A stretch of DNA of 49,198 nt from Octopus bimaculoides (taxonomy: Eukaryota): positions 35,694,593 through 35,743,790 of the forward strand of contig NC_069000.1 in assembly GCF_001194135.2 (NCBI RefSeq), in the 5' to 3' direction. The notes beneath the pieces were generated by a model, which did no database searches, was not told where the DNA came from, and was given only the letters and a program-made list of their open reading frames with translations. Shown one piece after another: positions 24,700 through 38,222 of the stretch. How positions within the stretch are numbered: the stretch's first letter is position 1; each line of letters starts with the position of its first letter. Both the position numbers and the translations under genes were made by a program.

Positions 24700-27203
24700 T
24701 AATCTTCAAGTTTAGGGATGTAAAAAAAATTAATTAAAATATTCAAGATAAGTAACTGAACCCTTACCAGTATTATCCGTACTATGTTTATAAATAAATC
24801 ACACACGTGATTTGATTGAAGTTAACTGTTTATATATAAATGACACACGTCATTGAATATCATAGTACCGGCTGAGAGATCGAAAATGCCTTGTGGAAGA
24901 CCGGCTGCACAACAACTTATTGTTCCTGAAAATGAAATACTCACTTGTGAATTAATATTAGAAGAATATTGGAATATTAGTGAGTTATGCAGCAGCTCAA
25001 GACACAGAATGTAGTTGCTTATCTACTGCTGGTGCAAAGATATAATGCAAAAAACACATTGTAGATGAGTGTTCTCTTAGCCAGGGACATCGGATGAATT
25101 ATTTTCATCTTATCTACATGAATTTCCATGGCGGAATTCAATCCCAAAAGAAAAAAACATTTGCTTATTTTTTGGCTGCCATTGCTGAAGTGTATAATGT
25201 TGAGTAGGTGAATTTCTAGAACTGCATGCTGACTCTTGAATAAATATCTAATAATATCTGTTGAATTTCATTATCATTTCCATCGACAAAGTTCTCTCCT
25301 TCCGTTGCATGCTGTTTTAGAAAAAAAAAACACGTGTGTGGTTTATTTATAAACAGCTAAAAGAAAATGGATAATACTGGTAAATCGTTCAGTTATTTCC
25401 CTTGAATATTTTTATTTACTTTTTTACACCCCTAAACTTGAAGATTACCCTATATATATATCTATATACATTATAGACAGACAGACAGATGGGTAGACAC
25501 AGACAGACATGCTGGACTTCCACACAGTTTCCGTCTACCAAATTCATTCATAATGCCCAAGACATTTACCCAAAGTGCAGTGCATTGGGACTTAACCCAA
25601 AGCCACATTTTTACAAAGCAAGCGTCTTAGTCATGCTTGTTTTCCATCACCATGATTTGTATTCTTAAGTTCTAGATCTTGCACAACTCTGAAGAAGGCT
25701 GTAGTTGCAGCCATGCCAGTTTTTTATAGAGTGTATCGAAAACTACATTATCTATGTCTTCTTTCTTTTGCTTTTGTGACCACAGAGCCTACTAACCAGA
25801 TGCAGACAAACACTTGTCCATGATTTAAATAAATACAAAATATTCCAAATGAGACTCACCTCAGAATCAAATTCATTAGTTTGTTTTTCTTTATCTGATA
25901 CTTTTCCAAACTAGGAAGAAAAAGAAACAGAAATGAACATTAGAATTAACAAAGAGTCGTCATCATCATCATCATCATGAATTTTTTTTTTTTTTTTTTT
26001 TCCAGAGAAAACACTTTTCAGCATTTATTTATGGCTCTTTACATTGAGTTCAAATTCTGCCAAGGTCAACTTTGCTTTTCAAGATCAATAAAATGCAAGC
26101 ACCAGTCGATGTAATCAACTAGACCCCTTCCCCACCAAATTTCAGGCCTTGTACCTTTAGTAGAAAGGATTATTATTATTATTATTATTATTACTTATGG
26201 CTTCCTTTCATTATAACTTTATTTCAGCTGCCTTAGTACTGGACATCCTCCGGAGGCCAAGAATAGCAAGGGCACTTTTGTTTTGCTATGCATGCTAAAA
26301 TTATCACCACATTTATTCCATTTTAGGAGAGTGCTTTCCGTAGTATATGGGCTGTACCCATCAAAGTTATTTTTTGTTGTTCACGGAAATTGGAGTTATC
26401 AAGGAGTTGCTTAATATACTTCTCAGCTCCCTTCTTTATCATTCGCAATGCACCAATTATTACTGGTATTATCGTAGTAATAAGCTACCACATTTCTGTG
26501 ATTTCAATTTGCAGATCTTTATAGTGAGAAAGCTTTTTGTATTCCTTTCTTGAGATATTTTGATCTTGTGAGACAGACATAGCTATTAACAGACAAGTTC
26601 CTCTGTTGTAGTCGTTAATCACAATGTCTGGTTGATTGGAGTCAATTTTTCTCTCTGTTTGTATTGAGAAGTTCCAAAAGATGGTGACATCCTCAGGACA
26701 GTGCCTGTATCACTTATCATGAGATTTAATTTTGTAGTATTTACAAGCATTCCAGTGGATGTACTGCCCTAGTCTCTCATATCTTATGAGGTGCTCCTTT
26801 TCAGCGAGGACTGAGCAGCCAGAAACAACATGATCAATTGTCTCTGTGAATATTCTGCAAATTCTGCACGAGGGGTCATATCTGTCTTTAAGGACGTTTG
26901 CATAGTAGTTTCTGGCAGGTAAGTTCTGATGTTGCGCTACAATAACAAACCCTTCTGTTTCCCCTTTCAAACCTGTCCCTTGGTGTGTTAGATTTTGATC
27001 AATATCTGGTTTCACTCTGTTTCTATTGTATTGACTTGTACTGTCCACAATCATTTTATATAAACCCTCAGTGGTTAATAAAGGGATAGGTCAACAAAAC
27101 AAGTACCATTTGAGTAATGGGGTCAATGTAATCAACTAACCCCATCATCCAAATGTCAGGCCTTGTATCTGCAGTAGAATTATTATCAATATTCACATAC
27201 ACG

Positions 27204-27237
<34 letters not shown>

Positions 27238-30200
27238 TATATACACATGCACACAAGTTCTTGCCACAGAGCCACGCATGCACCTATAATTAGTTGAAAC
27301 GACATTTAAGCAATACTGTTTTCCTAGCGTTCCATTATTTTCCAGCAGGTACAGTTATTCCGTACAGAAACTTCAAAAAGCAGAAGCTAAAACAATATTT
27401 GCTTGTGCAGTGAGCAATGAGTGATGTGTCAAATTCATAACAAGAGCAAAGAAAATTTAGTATTCAGATCCACTGATATCTGACCTTGATGACATGTCAC
27501 ATTTCTCGTAATGGTAGGAAAGCCCACCAATACAACCATCACAACCACCACTACTGCCACCACCACCACCAGACACCACCACCAGACACCACCACCAGAC
27601 ACCACCACCACTACCACTGCTACCACCGCCACTACCATCACTGAATCACACAATCTTGTTTTCTTTCCGATTGTTTTGTTTTTTTCTTTTATGAATGCAT
27701 CAACTTTTCTAACACCTTTATGTTACAAATTCTAAAGGGTTAAGACAACAGTACTTTGGTTTCAAATCATTATAAAAATATNNNNNNNNNNNNNNNNNNN
27801 NNNNNNNNNNNNNNNNNNNNNNNNNNNNNNNNNNNNNNNNNNNNNNNNNNNNNNNNNNNNNNNNNNNNNNNNNNNNNNNNNNNNNNNNNNNNNNNNNNNN
27901 NNNNNNNNNNNNNNNNNNNNNNNNNNNNNNNNNNNNNNNNNNNNNNNNNNNNNNNNNNNNNNNNNNNNNNNNNNNNNNNNNNNNNNNNNNNNNNNNNNNN
28001 NNNNNNNNNNNNNNNNNNNNNNNNNNNNNNNNNNNNNNNNNNNNNNNNNNNNNNNNNNNNNNNNNNNNNNNNNNNNNNNNNNNNNNNNNNNNNNNNNNNN
28101 NNNNNNNNNNNNNNNNNNNNNNNNNNNNNNNNNNNNNNNNNNNNNNNNNNNNNNNNNNNNNNNNNNNNNNNNNNNNNNNNNNNNNNNNNNNNNNNNNNNN
28201 NNNNNNNNNNNNNNNNNNNNNNNNNNNNNNNNNNNNNNNNNNNNNNNNNNNNNNNNNNNNNNNNNNNNNNNNNNNNNNNNNNNNNNNNNNNNNNNNNNNN
28301 NNNNNNNNNNNNNNNNNNNNNAAGGTAAAGCTGTGTAATTAAGAAGTCTGTTTCATAACCATGTGGCAGTTTAAGATCAGTCCCACTGTGTGACACCTTG
28401 AACAAATGCCCTGAAGCCAACTAATGCTTTGTCAATGAAACTGGTAGACAGAAACTATGGGGAAGCCTATCATCATCATCATCATCAACATCACCGCCAC
28501 CACCACCGCCCCAGCCACCACCACCATTTAATGTCCCTTTTCTCTGCTGGTATGGGTTGGATAGTGCAACAGATAGTGCCAAGCTCCAATGTTTGCAGCT
28601 TTGGCATGGTTTCTATGGCCGGATGTCCCTCCTAATGCCAACCACTTTTCAGAATGTACTGGGGGCTTTTTATATGGCACTGGCAGTCGTGAGGTCACTA
28701 AGTAACTCACAAGATAAGACCACTCAACTAAGGGAGGGTAATATTGAGGGAAGTGACTTTATGCCAGATGTGTGTGTGTGTGTGTATAAAACAGGCTTTT
28801 TTCAGTTTCTGTCTACCTAATTCACCCACAAAGCTTTGATCAGCCCGAGACTGCCTAAGATGCCACACAATGGAGCACTGAACCCGGAAACTATGAGGTT
28901 GGGAAGTAAACTTCTTTATTTCATTAAATTTTCCACATGGGCAGTACAAAGAAGCAATGCAGGCTAGACAAACACATTAATGAGATGAGAAATGATATAT
29001 ATGAATGTAAAAAATGGGAGGGGTATTCGGCACCCGCTGACCGAACACCCCTCGAAATCAGTTTCTTTTTACCCAATATTATCAAAATAACAATATACAA
29101 TAATTTACAATAATATATATCAATATACAAAGTAAACTTCTTACCACACAACCATGCCTGCAACTATACTTAAAACAAAAAAACATAAAGAAGTAAAAGC
29201 ATGTAAACATTAGATATCATTTCATTTCACCAGAGCTGGAAACTTACCTCAATGAAAGCTCCAATCCCAGCCGGAATAAGTACAAGTAAACTTGATTCTT
29301 GGTCCAATAGAAACAGGAAGATGATCATTGTTGAGACACATCTCCACACAACTGCAATGGTGAAGAGAGAAATTTGAAATCCACAACAAATGTTCACATT
29401 AGACATCAAAACCATGACTCGCTGGAAGAGATGTCCACCTACGATTCCTCAAATTTGCTTATTTGAATTGTGGTTTATGTTTCAACAGGTTAAAACATTT
29501 GAGAATCACCAAGATATTATCTTTCTTTTAACTTTTACTGTGTTTCAGTCTTTGGACTGCGGCCATGATAAGGCACCACCTTGAAGGGTTTTAGACGAAC
29601 AGACTGAACCCAGTACTTATTTTATATACATATATATATACATATACACATACACACACACATATCATCATCATCATTTAACGTCTGTTGTCCATGCTAG
29701 CATGGGTTGGATGGTTTGACCAGAGCTGGCAAACTGGGGAGCTGCACCAGACTCCAGTCTCGTTTGGCATGGTTTCAATGTTTGGATGCCCTTCCTAATG
29801 CCAACCACTTTACAGAGTGTGCTGGGTACTTTAACATGGTACCACATGGGCGCTTTTACATGGCACAGCACAAGTGCTTTTACGTTGTGCTGCACAGGTG
29901 TTTTTACATGGCACCACAGGGTCGCTTGTACATGACACTGCCCTAACTGCTTTGTAAGTGGCACCAGCCCAAGACTCACATCACACAGCAGGGTACTTTA
30001 TCAAAGGCTTTCTCTATATCAATGAATGCCAAGTATAACGGTTTATTCTTAGTTGAATGTTTCTCTTGCAGTTGCCTGACTATGAAAGTAGCATCAGTAG
30101 TGCTCCTTCTCCAGATGAAGCCAAACTGTATGTATATAAATATATATCATCATCATCATCGTTTAACGTCCGCTTTCCATGCTAGCATGGGTTGGACGAC

Positions 30201-33200
30201 TTGACTGAGGACTGGTGAAACCGGATGGCAACACCAGGCTCCAATCTAAATTTGGCAGAGTTTCTACAGCTGGATGCCCTTCCTAACGCCAACCACTCAG
30301 AGAGTGTAGTAAGTGCTTTTACATGTCACCTGCACGAAGGCCAGTCAGGCGATACTTGCAACGGCCACGCTCGAAATGGTGTCTTTTATGTGCCACCCGC
30401 ACAAGCCAGTCCAGGGGCACTGGCANNNNNNNNNNNNNNNNNNNNNNNNNNNNNNNNNNNNNNNNNNNNNNNNNNNNNNNNNNNNNNNNNNNNNNNNNNN
30501 NNNNNNNNNNNNNNNNNNNNNNNNNNNNNNNNNNNNNNNNNNNNNNNNNNNNNNNNNNNNNNNNNNNNNNNNNNNNNNNNNNNNNNNNNNNNNNNNNNNN
30601 NNNNNNNNNNNNNNNNNNNNNNNNNNNNNNNNNNNNNNNNNNNNNNNNNNNNNNNNNNNNNNNNNNNNNNNNNNNNNNNNNNNNNNNNNNNNNNNNNNNN
30701 NNNNNNNNNNNNNNNNNNNNNNNNNNNNNNNNNNNNNNNNNNNNNNNNNNNNNNNNNNNNNNNNNNNNNNNNNNNNNNNNNNNNNNNNNNNNNNNNNNNN
30801 NNNNNNNNNNNNNNNNNNNNNNNNNNNNNNNNNNNNNNNNNNNNNNNNNNNNGCAATCGTCTCTCTTGCACACCACAACTGATGCTTCTAATGTTCAGCT
30901 TTTCTCTCAAGATACTTACACTCTGACGGGTATTCACATTGACATTATACATCCAACGGAGCATACTGGCTTCATTCCTTGCGAGCTTACGTATGTCCTC
31001 AGCAGTTACAGCCCATGTTTCACTGCCATGTAGCATGGCTGTTCGTACACATGCGTCATACAGTCTGCCTTTTACTCTGAGTGAGAGTCCCTTTGTCGCC
31101 AGCAGGGGTAAGAGCTCTCTAAACTTTGCCCAGGCTATTCTTATTCTAGCAGCTACACTTTCAGCGCACCCACCCCCACTACTAACTTGGTCGCCCAGAT
31201 AGCGGAAGCTATATATATATTCACACACAGAACAGGCTAGCACACAGTTCAGTTCTTGTCCACCTTGGTTGGCTTGGAGCTATAGTAGAAAACACTTGCC
31301 AAAGGTGCTGCGCAATGGGACTGAACCCGAACCATATGGTTGTAAAATAAGCTTCTTAACCATACAGTCATGCCTTACCATACAGCCATGCCTGGCAATG
31401 ATGGATTTGAGATGCTTGGAGAATTGGTTTTGTTTTCAAGGGTTAAGTGGAAGCCCCAACAGTAAAAAACATTTCTATTTTTCTATCCAAACCTATTGTA
31501 CAATCTTGCAAATCTATTTAGTGATGCTTTCATCACTAGATTAGCTCTTGCTAATATGAAGTCTTTGCTCGACTGACGAGTTCAAAATAAGACCAAAGCA
31601 TGTAATAGTTGTCTCCTATATTCCCAAATTAAAATGGTATTAATCAATAACTAATATTGTTTTTTTTTCTTTACAACACAATTATTTCTATTTCATTCTT
31701 TAACCCTTCAGCATTCATATTACTCTCAAATATAATACATTGTTTTGAATTAATCATGTATTTATCTTGTAGCTTTGTGATTTCCATGGTATGTCTTGAC
31801 TTTTTAGAATGACATTGTAGGGTAGGTGTGATAGGCTAGATTTTGTCAGTTTGAACATGAAACATAGAATATTTGGGCCAGATATGCTAAAGGTCTAATG
31901 GAGCACAACAAACTAATAACCAGTAATACAGTCCACCCATAGCTTATATTGGTTTTAGTAAACTGTTTCATTTCAATTGTATTGATTATGCTCTTTAGTA
32001 TATATGTCAAGACAAAGCGCATACTGTATTCGAGATGGCATAAAAAATGCAAGGGCATATTGGACACACTCCATTTTCAGCACTGCATATTCAGGAAAAA
32101 ATGTTTAGTGCATTAAAGCATGTAATATTCAACCCTTTAGCATTTAAACAGGCCGTACCTAGCTGAAATATTTTACCTGCTTTATGTTCAAACCAGCTAG
32201 ATCTGGCCTCTCTCATCTCCCCCATGACATCATTCTAAAAATATGCAACCACATCTTCCAAATCTCAAAGCTATGAGATAATGCAGGATTAATTAAAAAT
32301 AACATGAATAATTAAGCATTACATTTGACAGAGTAATCAGAATGTTAAAGGGTTTAAGCAATTTGACCTGGGGTGATATTTTAGACATTTTGGAGTAAAA
32401 ATGTGTGTCTTATATACCATCAAATACAGTAATAAATTAGGTGCCTTTTTTAAGACCTACCAGATTAACTACTGAATATAAGATACTCACCTCCTCTTGA
32501 TGAAAGACCTTCCATGGATTTTTTGCCTCTCCAGAAATTGATATCATTCTTAAAGGCCAGAAAATCAAAGAGCAACTGGTGGAATATAAAAACAAGTATA
32601 TACATTTTTTTAAATATTTTAAATATATGGTGACTGAGTTTTTACAGCAACTGTTTATGACATTATATTATTCCATCTTTTGTGGGGGAGTTGATAAATA
32701 AAGTAATGATTCCAGAGAGACAGATCACCAGAATTAATAGACCATCAGATGAGATGCCTTGGAATTTTATTGATCTCTAAATTGATGAAAAGCAAAGTTG
32801 AGTTTGGCAAGATTTGAACTCAAAACTCAAAGAGTGGAATAATTACTGCAAAGCATATATTTGTGTGAGGCTGTAACAATTCTGCCAACTGACTGCATTT
32901 AATGTTGGCTCAAAGAATACACACACACACACACTTGCCCAAGTTGTCACACAGTGGACTGAACTGAAAACCACACAGTTACAAAATTAGCTTCTGAACC
33001 ACACAGTATAACAACTAAGTTTCCAAAAACTCGAATACACAATGCAGTTTAGGTTCCTTTCACTAATGAATTAGTGTCCAATTTGAATTTCTCTATTACT
33101 AATGATTTTGCAGTACAAGACAAATAACACCGCAATTTTTGCTTTCTCCTATTTATAAAAATCTTGAGCATCATAGCTTTCCAGGCAATAGCAACAAGGA

Positions 33201-36200
33201 ACTATTATTCTAGGGTAGCTTCCTAGAGACACTATCAACCACTTGATATAAGCTATACATGGAAAAGGGGTACTATTTTACAGAGGAGAGAAGAAAAATG
33301 GGAAGCTGTGGTCAACTCATGATTTGATTGGTTATGTTAACTAGAAATAACAATACTATATTAACATACCATATCCATATTTGATGGCTTATAAGAATCT
33401 TGATGTGATGATTTTAGATGTTTTGCAAGTTGCTTGCAAAACAACTTAAATCATCACACCAAGATTGCTTTAAATATTCCATATTTTAATGCATTAAAAG
33501 CATTTTTTCTGAATATGTGCTGCTGAGAATTGAGATCTGTCTAATATGCCAGTGCATCGTTTGTACTATCAAATATGGTAAAATTTACAATGAAAAACAG
33601 TTTGTTTGTTTTTTAAACGCTTACATGAAGTGTAGATACAGCAAATGTCAACAACAATAGAACCAAATTAGTATCGGTGAAGATGCCTTTCAGTTCATCG
33701 ACATCTTTTTCTTTGAAACCTAAAAAAAACAACAACAATAATAATAATGATAATAATAATAATAATAATAATAATGATAATGGTATCAAATTTTGCCACA
33801 AGGGCAGCAATTTTGGGGAGGGGATTAAGTCAATTACATCAAACCCAGTGTGTAACTGGTACTTATTTAATCGACCCCGAAAGGATGAAAGACAAAGTTG
33901 ACCCAGGCGGAATTTGAACTCAGAATGTAGCAGCAGAAAAATATCACTAAGCATTTTGCGGGCATGAAGAATATGCACAATAATGCTTACAGTTTCTCAC
34001 CCTCAGCTAACCCTGAATATTTANNNNNNNNNNNNNNNNNNNNNNNNNNNNNNNNNNNNNNNNNNNNNNNNNNNNNNNNNNNNNNNNNNNNNNNNNNNNN
34101 NNNNNNNNNNNNNNNNNNNNNNNNNNNNNNNNNNNNNNNNNNNNNNNNNNNNNNNNNNNNNNNNNNNNNNNNNNNNNNNNNNNNNNNNNNNNNNNNNNNN
34201 NNNNNNNNNNNNNNNNNNNNNNNNNNNNNNNNNNNNNNNNNNNNNNNNNNNNNNNNNNNNNNNNNNNNNNNNNNNNNNNNNNNNNNNNNNNNNNNNNNNN
34301 NNNNNNNNNNNNNNNNNNNNNNNNNNNNNNNNNNNNNNNNNNNNNNNNNNNNNNNNNNNNNNNNNNNNNNNNNNNNNNNNNNNNNNNNNNNNNNNNNNNN
34401 NNNNNNNNNNNNNNNNNNNNNNNNNNNNNNNNNNNNNNNNNNNNNNNNNNNNNNNNNNNTGGTGGCACGTGAATAGCACCATTTGAGCGTGATCGTTACC
34501 AGTGTTGCCTTCCTGACACTTGTGCCAGTGGCATGTGAAAAGACATTCGAGTGAGTTCATTGCCAGTACCGCTGGACTGGCTCCTGTGCAGGTGGCACGT
34601 AAAATACACCATTTCGAGCGTGGCTGTTGCCAGTACCGCCTGACTGGCCTACGTGCCGGTGGCATGTAAAACTACCCACTATACTCTCGGAGTGGTTGGT
34701 GTTAGGAAGGGCATCCAGCTGTAGAAACTCTACCAAATCAGATTGGAGCCTGGTGTAGCCATCTGGTTCACCAGTCCTNNNNNNNNNNCAAATCAGATTG
34801 GAGCCTGGTGTAGCCATCTGGTTCACCAGTCCTCAGTCAAATCGTCCAACCCATGCTAGCATGGAAAACGGACATTAAACGATGATGATGATGTTCTTGT
34901 AATGTTTGACATTGAATAAAGACTTGCCTATTTAATGCTTTTATAAAAGTTTTTACCATTCTTTGTTTTTATTTTAAAAATCCTTATATAATATGCTTTA
35001 TCTTTGTCTATATGGCCAATTTGTCTTACAGCAAATTTTCCCATATGGCGAAATTTCATACAGAGAATTTTCTGGACACAGTAAAAAAATTTATGTTAAA
35101 TCATCTAACACAGAGAAATAAAGATATGGAAATGATGGCTGATGTTTACAGTCTGAATCACTTACCAAGTGTTTTCATGGCCTTCATAGAATCCATCATA
35201 CTGGTCCAAAGTCTTAATTTTCCAATGGAGATAGGTGCATAATTCACTTTCAGCGACAAGGTTCTAGTTGTAGTGTTAATGATCTGTTCAAATGAAAAAC
35301 ATAATTAAATGACACTTTGTCTAATATTATGATGACATAGTAAAAATAGTGTACCTGCACGTCAATGCAGAATTAGAACTGTTAAATAATATTTTATCGT
35401 GACAATTTAAAAAAATTTTTTTCACTTTATGACACATCCTCATCATCATCATTTTATGTCTATTTTCCATGCTGGCATGGGTTGGATGGTTCAACAGGAA
35501 CTGACAGGTAGGAGCTGGCAGTGAGCTGGCAGAAACGTTAACACGCTGGGCAAAATGCTTAGCGGTATTTCATCTGCCGTTACGTTCTGAGTTCAAATTC
35601 CACCGAGGTCGATTTTGCCTTTCATCCTTTCGGGGTCGATAAATTAAGTACCAGTTACACACTGGGGTTGATGTCGTCAACTGAATCCCTTTGTCTGCCC
35701 TTGTTTGTCCCCTCTATGTTTAGCCCCTTGTGGGCAATAAAGAAATAAGGACTGACAGGTAGGAGGACTGCACTGAGTTCCAATATCTGCTTTGAAATAG
35801 TTTCTATGAATGGATGCCTTTCCTAATGCCAGCCAATTTACAGAGTGTACTGGGTGCTTTTTTCATAGCACTGGCACTAGTGAGGTTACCTAGTAATTTG
35901 CATGACAAAATCCTCCTCACCTGAGTACAAGCATAATACTGAAGGAGTTGAAAGAATGACAGAAGGACACACAAATATATATATAGAGAGAGAGACACAA
36001 AGTTATTACCAGCTCAAATGTGCTTGGGGCACATTTGAACCCATGAGAAAGCCATTCACTGTGTTTTGGTATGGAGAAAATTTCTCACTGTCAACAAATG
36101 ATGTAAATACACTAAAATCAGTTTGCAGTGTCACACTGTTTAGCACTACCACCCAATAATATACATATATATATAGATATACAAACACATGTATATACAT

Positions 36201-38191
36201 GCATACACACACACACACATACACTGTCTTTAGATTAATTAAAAACATGCTGGCGTTTCATAACTGACACCCGTTGGCCAGTGGCATGTAAAAAGCACCC
36301 ACTACACACTTGGAGTGGTTGGCATTAGGAAGGGCATCCAGCAGAAGAAACCATACCAAATTAGATTGGAACCTGGTGCAGCTCCCCAGCTTACCAGTTT
36401 GCAGTCAAACCGTGCAACCCATTACCAGCATGGGAAACAGACATTAAAAGATGATGATGACGACGATGATGATTACTGTGGTGAATCATTTGAAAAGTTA
36501 AACAAAGCTGTTTTGAAGTTTTAAAAATTCAAAAAAAGTAAAGCTATCGGTTACCTTATTTGTATTAATCTTACCTGCCTGTAACAAAATTACGAATAAC
36601 ACTGTTTGAAGATGCTCAGGTATTAGTAAGGATTTTTTAAAGTACCTTCTCTCTCTCTCTCTCTCTCTCGGAGAGGCACAAGCACATACACAGACATATA
36701 CACATGCGGCAGTAACTTCCACCTACCAAATTCAATCACAAAGCTTCGGTCAGCCCGGGGCTATAGCAGAAGACACTTGCCCAAGGTGCCACGCAGTGGG
36801 ACTGAACCCGAAACCATGTAGCTGGGAAGCAAGCTTCCTAACCACACAGCCATGCCCACATTTTTAAAAATTCACAGCAACACCAAGTTATTAGTCCCAT
36901 TATACCTAAGCATTATACCTTATTGACCCCGAAAGGATGAAAGGCAAAGTCGACCTCAGTAGAATTTAAATAGATGTACCTTCTATCCCTCTATTATAAT
37001 TATATATATTCATTGTCTAGCTATTTAGCGCTATTTATTACTTGCTGCCACTAATATTATTATTGTTATTATCATCAATTATTTAGATCTACCAATGATA
37101 ATAATAATAATAATAAATATCTATATGAATATTCATTTGAATATTTACTCATTTTTATATATTTTATGCACTGAAATTGTTTTGAATTTGGCAAGGGACT
37201 ATTCAAAATGTAACGGATTCCAGCAAGGTAAGTTGGATCTTTCATATTAGGTATGGCAAGACCTGCTGACGAGATCTAAGGCACTGGTCAGATTTCGATG
37301 TCATGATTCAGGGATATCTGTTACCTCATTCTGCAGCTTTAAGCTGAGATGGTATGTTAAATTTTGCTCGTTTGCCCAATTTCTGCTAGTCCGTTGCATA
37401 TTTTCAGTAAGATTGGTGGATAAGTGGAGGATTTTGACTCTCCTTTCTAGCAAGCTGGTGCTTCATGGATCCTCTATCATAATTTGATATATTTATTGTA
37501 TAGCTATTTAATGTTATTTATTGCTTGCTGCCACTAATATTATTATTATCATCAATTATTTAGATTTACTGCTGATAACAATAATAATAATTATAATATC
37601 TATATGAATATTCGTTTAAATATTTACTCATTTTTATAATTACACACACACACACACACAACCTGAAAGGTTTCTACTGTGAGATAACAACTCACCTGAA
37701 GATCAGACAACCTGTTACTGAGTTCATCAATGAATACAATTGGTAGATAAAATCCCTCAGGTGAAAATCTATAATAAAGAAAAATAGAAAAAAAAAATTA
37801 GGAATAACTAATTGTCAGTTATGATCACCACATTAACTAGACTCATAGTAATAATAATAATCTTTTCTACTAAAGGCACAAGGCCTGAAATTTGAGGGGA
37901 GGGGACTAGTCGGTTACAATGACTCCAGTGTTTCACCGGTACTTAATTTATTTATTTCTTTATTACCCACAGAGGGCTAAACATAGAGGGAACAAACAAG
38001 GACAGACAAAGGGATTAAGTCGATTACATCGACCCCAGTGCGTAAATGGTACTTAATTTATTGACCCTGAAAGGATGAAAGGCAAAGTCGACCTCAGTAG
38101 AATTCAAACTCAGAACGTTAAGACAGACAAAATACCACTAAATATTTCAACCAGCATGCTAACAATTCTACCAGCTCACCGTTTTAACTAA

Positions 38192-38222
<31 letters not shown>

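Noticed and set aside
34461-34700. CRISPR-like array
   Set aside because: Eukaryotic context; units are diverged tandem repeats without unique spacers; no cas genes.
34736-34832. 43-bp tandem duplication
   Set aside because: The two identical copies flank a 10-N gap; most likely an unmerged contig overlap.
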